NCBI GenBank assembly: GCA_021813435.1
Contig: JAKAKR010000002.1
Coordinates: 1 to 20,560, forward strand
Direction of reading: 5' to 3'
Source: Nanobdellota archaeon
Lineage (GTDB): Archaea; Nanobdellota; Nanobdellia; Woesearchaeales; UBA9642
DNA length: 20,560 nt
Shown here: positions 15,465 through 20,560 of the stretch, in pieces
How the letters are laid out: each line of letters opens with the position of its first letter
Numbering within the stretch: the first letter of the stretch is position 1
The notes under the pieces: model-generated
Database searches by the model: none
Seen by the model: the letters and a program-made list of their open reading frames with translations, nothing else
What the model was told of the DNA's origin: nothing
Made by a program: the position numbers and the translations under genes

Positions 15465-17837
15465 TTACTTTTTTCGTACTCGCTTCTTCTGCCGGATAAT
15501 CACTGCAAGAAATACCAGTCCAAGAATGATTGCAAAATATGCAAGATTGATGTACCAGCAATAGATCGTGTAGAGTTCTGTCTGTGAACGCTTTACTGCC
15601 TCAACAACAGTGAGTGTGATCTGGGGGCTTTGCGCAGTGCCGCCCTGCCTGTCATCAGCGATAATTGATACTGCTTCAGTGCCGAACCAGTCGCGTGCAG
15701 GAACAAAGGTCACCATATTCTTCTCGACAACCCCGCCAATATGTCGCGAGCGATTGATGCTGTAGACCAGTGTGTTATTGTCCGGGTCACTAAAGTATTT
15801 TGCAGCATTGATGCTGAATTGCCCGTTCTCAACCATCTGGAACCTGAGCGTATCATAGTCCTGCGTGAGATTATAGACCTGTCCCTGGGTTTTGGGAAGT
15901 CCTGCAAAGAGGATAACCAGCACTACGCCAAAGACAAATACCAATGCAAGTATTGCAAGGATAGGAAGTTTATAGCGTACCCTGTTCCAGAATTTATAGG
16001 GATAATGCGGTCCGCGGATTGCAATGAAGATAATGAATGCGATTGCAAGGAGTATGAGGATGATCTCTATAAGGCTGAACTGCCTGCAGACAGTGCCGAA
16101 TGCAAAGAATTCCCATGCCTTAGTAAACACCGATTTATCCTTGAGGCGTACAGTTATTGGCGTGCTATAGCTCGCTTGGGAATCAGTATGGACAAGTGTC
16201 AATGTCCCGCTATAATCCCCTGCAGATATGTTATTTGTGTGCGCGAGGAGTGTGACTGTCTTTGATTCTCCTGCGTTAAGCGTGACCTGTGAAGTATTGA
16301 GTGTAAGCATCGGATTGCCGTTGAAGCGAACAGTATATGTCCCGTCACTGATGCCGGTGTTCTTGACCGGGATTGTTATTGCAGCAGTCTGATAATTGAT
16401 GCGATAGAGATTTTTGGTGATTGCGATCTTATGCGATTCCTGGACGTCAAATGATTTGATCCAGACGCCGCTTGTTTCGCTGATCTGATTCTTGAGCGCT
16501 GCAGTGACTGTGATATGATAGATTTCATTCGTGTCAGGACCAGTGATAAAGAGCCGGACTGTCTTTGACTCGCCGGATTTTACCGTGATGCTCTTTTGCG
16601 AGAGCGCAACGCCGGATGGCGCGCCCTGGATACTGAGCGCAATATCCTCAGTATACATGCCAAGATTCTTTACAGTGACATCATAGCTGTAGAGACTGTT
16701 TGCAACAGTAAAGATTGGATTTTTTTCGCTGTTTTTCGCAATGCCTGCAATGCTTATCGTATGTTCGTAGCAGAGCAAGTGATTGACGCCGATGCGCTGC
16801 TCCTTTTTGATATCTCCGAGTTTTGATTTTATTGTGACAGTGAACGCATCATAGGCATTCTCATAACGGAATGCCTGGGTATCAGCGCTAAAATACACGG
16901 TCTTTGATTCTCCTGCTTTCAGGGATATCTCGCGATCGACATCATTGAGCGTGATGTACTTGGGAAGTGACTTTGTCGTGATGGTAAATGTATTGTCGAC
17001 ACTTCCACTGTTGATGATAGTCAGCGGGATGAGTGTGCGATAGACGCGATTGCATACCTGTACGGTTGCGGTCGGGGTATCATTGGCGAGCGGTTTATTG
17101 TTGAAAAGGATATCAAAATTGTATCCTGCGCGATCAATCGTGATCGGTGAATCAATGCTTGCCGTAAGCCCATTCTTGATCGATCGTGTCGTGAATGTGA
17201 TGTCTTTTGATCCAAAGATGCTGCAATCAAATGTGACGCTTGCATTGACTTGCGCAGTGGTATTCGGTTGGAGTGTGAATGTCCTTGCGGAATATTTCAT
17301 TTCAGCGTCGTGATTGCTGGATATGGAATAATCTTCGCTGAATGGACCCACATTGGTGACAAAGATGAGAAATCGCGCCGGACTGCAGGGCAGTACTGTG
17401 CTGTTCATTGTCTTGAGACGCATCTCAATATTCTGGCATTGTGTTGTGGTGATGGTTTTTGCAAAACGCTTTTCGAGGCCGAGGTTTGACTTGACGCTGA
17501 TTTCATACTCCTGGGTTCCGGTGCTGCAATCTGCAGCAATGGTCGCAGAGACTGTGCGTGATTCCTGCGGCGCAAGAACAACAGCATTTTCTGAGAATGT
17601 GACTGCTGTAGTGTCTGCGCTCAGCGTGAACGTTACATCATACGATGCAAGATTAGTGATAGTGATCGGGTCGCGTGCTCCTGCGCAGCTGCATGCGCTG
17701 ATGGCGCTTGCAGTGGTGACTGAGAAGTCGCGGTAGAGTGGGTATGTGTTGACGTCGATGACAGCACTTGCGGCATGCGCTATCATGAGCGCAAGCAGGA
17801 ATAAAACACTGAATTTGATGAAGGTGTTGGTTTTCAT
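15465..17837 (-). CDS. Large membrane-anchored surface protein with tandem Ig-like/CARDB-like domains
   Basis: 790 aa; signal peptide KFSVLFLLALMIAHAASA; repeated segments such as VTFSENAVVLAPQESRTVSATI and PSGVALSQKSITVKSGESKTVRLFI; TM near residues 650-680 and at the C-terminus before basic residues. Confidence 0.8.
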   Translation of the reverse strand: MKTNTFIKFSVLFLLALMIAHAASAVIDVNTYPLYRDFSVTTASAISACSCAGARDPITITNLASYDVTFTLSADTTAVTFSENAVVLAPQESRTVSATIAADCSTGTQEYEISVKSNLGLEKRFAKTITTTQCQNIEMRLKTMNSTVLPCSPARFLIFVTNVGPFSEDYSISSNHDAEMKYSARTFTLQPNTTAQVNASVTFDCSIFGSKDITFTTRSIKNGLTASIDSPITIDRAGYNFDILFNNKPLANDTPTATVQVCNRVYRTLIPLTIINSGSVDNTFTITTKSLPKYITLNDVDREISLKAGESKTVYFSADTQAFRYENAYDAFTVTIKSKLGDIKKEQRIGVNHLLCYEHTISIAGIAKNSEKNPIFTVANSLYSYDVTVKNLGMYTEDIALSIQGAPSGVALSQKSITVKSGESKTVRLFITGPDTNEIYHITVTAALKNQISETSGVWIKSFDVQESHKIAITKNLYRINYQTAAITIPVKNTGISDGTYTVRFNGNPMLTLNTSQVTLNAGESKTVTLLAHTNNISAGDYSGTLTLVHTDSQASYSTPITVRLKDKSVFTKAWEFFAFGTVCRQFSLIEIILILLAIAFIIFIAIRGPHYPYKFWNRVRYKLPILAILALVFVFGVVLVILFAGLPKTQGQVYNLTQDYDTLRFQMVENGQFSINAAKYFSDPDNNTLVYSINRSRHIGGVVEKNMVTFVPARDWFGTEAVSIIADDRQGGTAQSPQITLTVVEAVKRSQTELYTIYCWYINLAYFAIILGLVFLAVIIRQKKRVRKK

Positions 17838-17960
17838 TTTGACATGTTTTGCTTGCCGATGCAGTGCGTGATTTAAGGAGAGGATATTTTTATGGTATCT
17901 TCTCTCTGGGATCGCATTGCTCTACTGCTTTCAGGTATATGCGATACCTTATTCGCTCGT

Positions 17961-19244
17961 CTAATAATACGTTTCTGTAGGCTCGTTCTTGTTTTCTTTG
18001 AGCTTGCCAAAACCGATGATCAATCCAATGATGATAAGGATGATGACAAGGATCACAAGACCGATCTCAAGACCATTCTTCAGGCCGCTCCAGCTATCAC
18101 TGCTATTATTGTTTCCAGTGACCTTTGCGGTGATTGCAACCTGCCGGGTATCACCATCAGATGAGTCGATACTGAGTGTGAATGCCTTCTCGCCGACTTC
18201 TGCGTTGTTGTTTGCGCTCACATAGAGGTAGACTGTCTTGGATTGTCCTGCGGGAACAACAGTGACTGCACTAGGATCAATGCGTGTTGTTGCCCAATTG
18301 CCTGTTCCTGAAACTGCAATAGTGTATGTCTTTGCAACAGCCATTGGATTAGTGATCATGACTGGATACACAACGCTCTGTCCCTGGCTGATCTCCTGAT
18401 AATTGGGGACAGTGACGACTGTCTTTTGCGCCGGTGGCGTCTGTCCATTGTTTGCGCCAATGCCGCACGTGTCGCTTCCGACAACCTGAATCGTCGTGTC
18501 TTTTGTTGTCTCTTCATATTCATCGAAGTCAACAGTCAATGTGACGGTGTATGTTCCGGGCTTTGCGCAGTCGGGAATTCGCAGATATAATTCCTCAAAG
18601 ACCTTGCTTTGATCTGCATTAAGTGAGTTCATGTATGCGGATTGCTGAAGATTCAATTGGGGAATGCTCATGGTGAGCTTGAGACCGCTCAAGTCGTAGT
18701 GTCCATAATTTTTGACCTGGATCATTGCCGTAACTGGTCGTCCTGCAACAACCTGCGTCGGATCAATAGTGAAATCCTTGATCTGCACTGCAGATGATGA
18801 ATCAATGCCCTTGACATGCAATTCATATGATTGTTCAAAGAGTGTGCTGTCACGATCTGCGACCATGACATGGACCTTATAATAATCCATATCCATCTTT
18901 GTAGGGACCTGGAGGTTTAATGTCTTACAGACAGTATCATTCTGGTCGAGGTCGAATGTGGGGGAAGAATCAGAGACCTTTTGGGGATCGCGCAGTGAGT
19001 AGCGGTATCCATAGATATCTGCCTCGACTTGTGCATCCTGCACATTGGCGAGTGCCTGCAGACAGACTTTGACGTTGAGTGAATCGCCGCGCTGTACCTG
19101 GAGGTTTATGGATCTGCCGTTTGCCTGTGAAACAATCTCGTCGTTGATTTTGACATAGTTGATCTGAATGTTGACTGCGCTTGCAAATACGGTCGCTGCA
19201 ATCAAGAACACAAAACATAAGACGATTGTCTTTAATCCTTTCAT
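17961..19244 (-). CDS. Membrane-anchored surface protein with CARDB/Ig-like domains
   Basis: Signal peptide IVLCFVFLIAATVFASA, domain repeats, C-terminal TM LEIGLVILVIILIIIGLIIGF followed by charged tail. Confidence 0.8.
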   Translation of the reverse strand: MKGLKTIVLCFVFLIAATVFASAVNIQINYVKINDEIVSQANGRSINLQVQRGDSLNVKVCLQALANVQDAQVEADIYGYRYSLRDPQKVSDSSPTFDLDQNDTVCKTLNLQVPTKMDMDYYKVHVMVADRDSTLFEQSYELHVKGIDSSSAVQIKDFTIDPTQVVAGRPVTAMIQVKNYGHYDLSGLKLTMSIPQLNLQQSAYMNSLNADQSKVFEELYLRIPDCAKPGTYTVTLTVDFDEYEETTKDTTIQVVGSDTCGIGANNGQTPPAQKTVVTVPNYQEISQGQSVVYPVMITNPMAVAKTYTIAVSGTGNWATTRIDPSAVTVVPAGQSKTVYLYVSANNNAEVGEKAFTLSIDSSDGDTRQVAITAKVTGNNNSSDSWSGLKNGLEIGLVILVIILIIIGLIIGFGKLKENKNEPTETYY

Positions 19245-19484
19245 TTTAGTACCCCCATCTGGTCTGTTATCAATAATTGTTTAGGTTTTTATGTGTACAT
19301 ATACGATTTATGTACATGATGATCAGCAGTATTGTGGTGTTACTTCCTGCTAAATTTTTGGTAGGAGTAACCCCTCTTCATTTATAAACTTTTCGTTTAT
19401 TTCACTACTCGTGAGTAGCTTTAATTCGTGTTGTTTTTTGATTGCATGTTGCTATGTTGATGCAACCCCAAGCAGGAATGCTAT

Positions 19485-20560
19485 TCAGTAAGTGTTTCCG
19501 CATTGAGTATTGCACACGCAGGTATCACTGATCTGGATATCACGATATTTGATGCGGCGCACATTATCATCATACACTACAACTTTAATGGTGTATAATC
19601 CCTTTTGCGTGTTATAGATCGGCACGACGATTGATTGTGTTTCCTCGCCGCCGCGGTTGAGATCGAACATTGATCCTTCTGATTCAATGCCAAGATCCGG
19701 GATGATTGCCTTGACCTGCGCATCCTTGAGTTTCTTGCCATAATTCTTGAGATCAACGCTGAGCTGCAGATCGTCATTGGTCCGAACGCATCCTTCGGTC
19801 CCGTCTTTTCCCATGATCGTAATTTTTTCAAGATATAATCCATCATCATTCGCGACTGGTGCATGCTGCGCAGCATATGTGCGCTCAATGATTGTCGCGC
19901 GTGTCGTTGCAGTTGCGCTGTTACCCTGCGCATCATAGACTGTAAGTCTTACAGTATAGACTCCGATCTTATTAAGATAGACATGACTGATGGTTGGTGT
20001 TGTTGCATTTGCCTGCACTCCATCGCCAAAGTCCCAGAGATAGCGAACGATTGGGCCAGTGGATCGTGAACCATCAAATGAAATCCCCTCATTGACATAT
20101 CCATAATACGGACCACCAGGGTTTGCGCTCAGTGATGCATTAGTGTTATTAGTAGGAGGGTTGACGACGATTGGAACATTGTTGTTACAATACGCTGAAG
20201 CTGTAGTCCCATTGCTGTCAGTCACGGTGATTTGCGGCAGGAATGCGCCTGTTGTAGTGTATTGGTGATTGGTATTCTGCCCACTTCCTGTTATTCCGTC
20301 GCCGAATGCCCATGCATATCCGGTGTATACCCCTGTTCCTCCACTTGCAGAAGCGCTTAATGACACTGTAAGCGGCACTATTCCGCTTGTCGGGTTTGCA
20401 GTGCATGAGACGCTGAGTTGATTTGGGATGATGGGGTTTATTGTTACTGGTGTGCAGGTGATTATTCCGCTGTTTCCTGCGTTGTCGTAGACTTGTACTT
20501 GTGCGGTGTATGTTCCTGTGGTGTTGTAGTTGTATGTGGGGTTTTGTACTGTGTCGGTGT
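19485..20560 (-). CDS. PKD/Ig-like domain surface protein, 5' end beyond the right window edge
   Basis: PKD motifs YAWAFGDGITGSGQNTNHQY and YLWDFGDGVQANATTPTISHVY. The frame stays open upstream of the track start to the window edge (TDTVQNPTYNYNTTGTYTAQVQVYDNAGNSGIITC...). Confidence 0.85.
   Translation of the reverse strand, partial: TDTVQNPTYNYNTTGTYTAQVQVYDNAGNSGIITCTPVTINPIIPNQLSVSCTANPTSGIVPLTVSLSASASGGTGVYTGYAWAFGDGITGSGQNTNHQYTTTGAFLPQITVTDSNGTTASAYCNNNVPIVVNPPTNNTNASLSANPGGPYYGYVNEGISFDGSRSTGPIVRYLWDFGDGVQANATTPTISHVYLNKIGVYTVRLTVYDAQGNSATATTRATIIERTYAAQHAPVANDDGLYLEKITIMGKDGTEGCVRTNDDLQLSVDLKNYGKKLKDAQVKAIIPDLGIESEGSMFDLNRGGEETQSIVVPIYNTQKGLYTIKVVVYDDNVRRIKYRDIQISDTCVCNTQCGNTY

Noticed and set aside
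16596-17736. Plus-strand ORFs inside the large surface-protein gene (76, 87 and 127 aa)
   Set aside because: Antisense shadows of the 790-aa secreted protein, with no supporting features.
1-20560. CRISPR array, rRNA, or a complete known defence island
   Set aside because: No regularly spaced repeats, no rRNA motifs, and no cas, restriction-modification or toxin-antitoxin signatures were recognised.

Overview
20.5 kb archaeal chromosomal segment, probably DPANN-like judging by gene content, TATA-style promoters and many short secreted or membrane proteins (the lineage is inference). Recognisable genes: replication factor C large subunit (-), NUDIX hydrolase (+), TrmB-type regulator (-) divergent from an unknown 221-aa gene (+), YjbQ/UPF0047 (-), stand-alone asparagine-synthase-type PP-loop protein (-), GNAT-like acetyltransferase (-), CYTH-like protein (+), BtpA-like TIM barrel (+), LAGLIDADG-type endonuclease-like ORF with a C-terminal HTH (+) overlapping an archaeal YchF/Obg-type GTPase with TGS domain (+), archaeal tyrosyl-tRNA synthetase (-), VTT/DedA-like membrane protein (-), intron-containing tRNA-Trp (-), and three secreted/surface proteins with Ig-like/CARDB/PKD-like regions (-). 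The ORF track does not show these points: (1) the TrmB/221-aa pair is bracketed by 71-bp direct repeats derived from a yjbQ 3' end, and the left one is fused to a 102-bp copy of the rfcL promoter and 5' end; (2) the tRNA-Trp has a 48-nt intron with a D'/C'-like pair whose guide obeys the N+5 rule for C34; (3) copies of the tRNA 3' end lie just downstream of it; (4) the endonuclease-like frame extends upstream to a strong SD plus ATG but is interrupted by one in-frame TAA; (5) the right-edge PKD protein is open to the window boundary, so its annotated start is artefactual. I saw no convincing new multi-gene defence or biosynthetic system.
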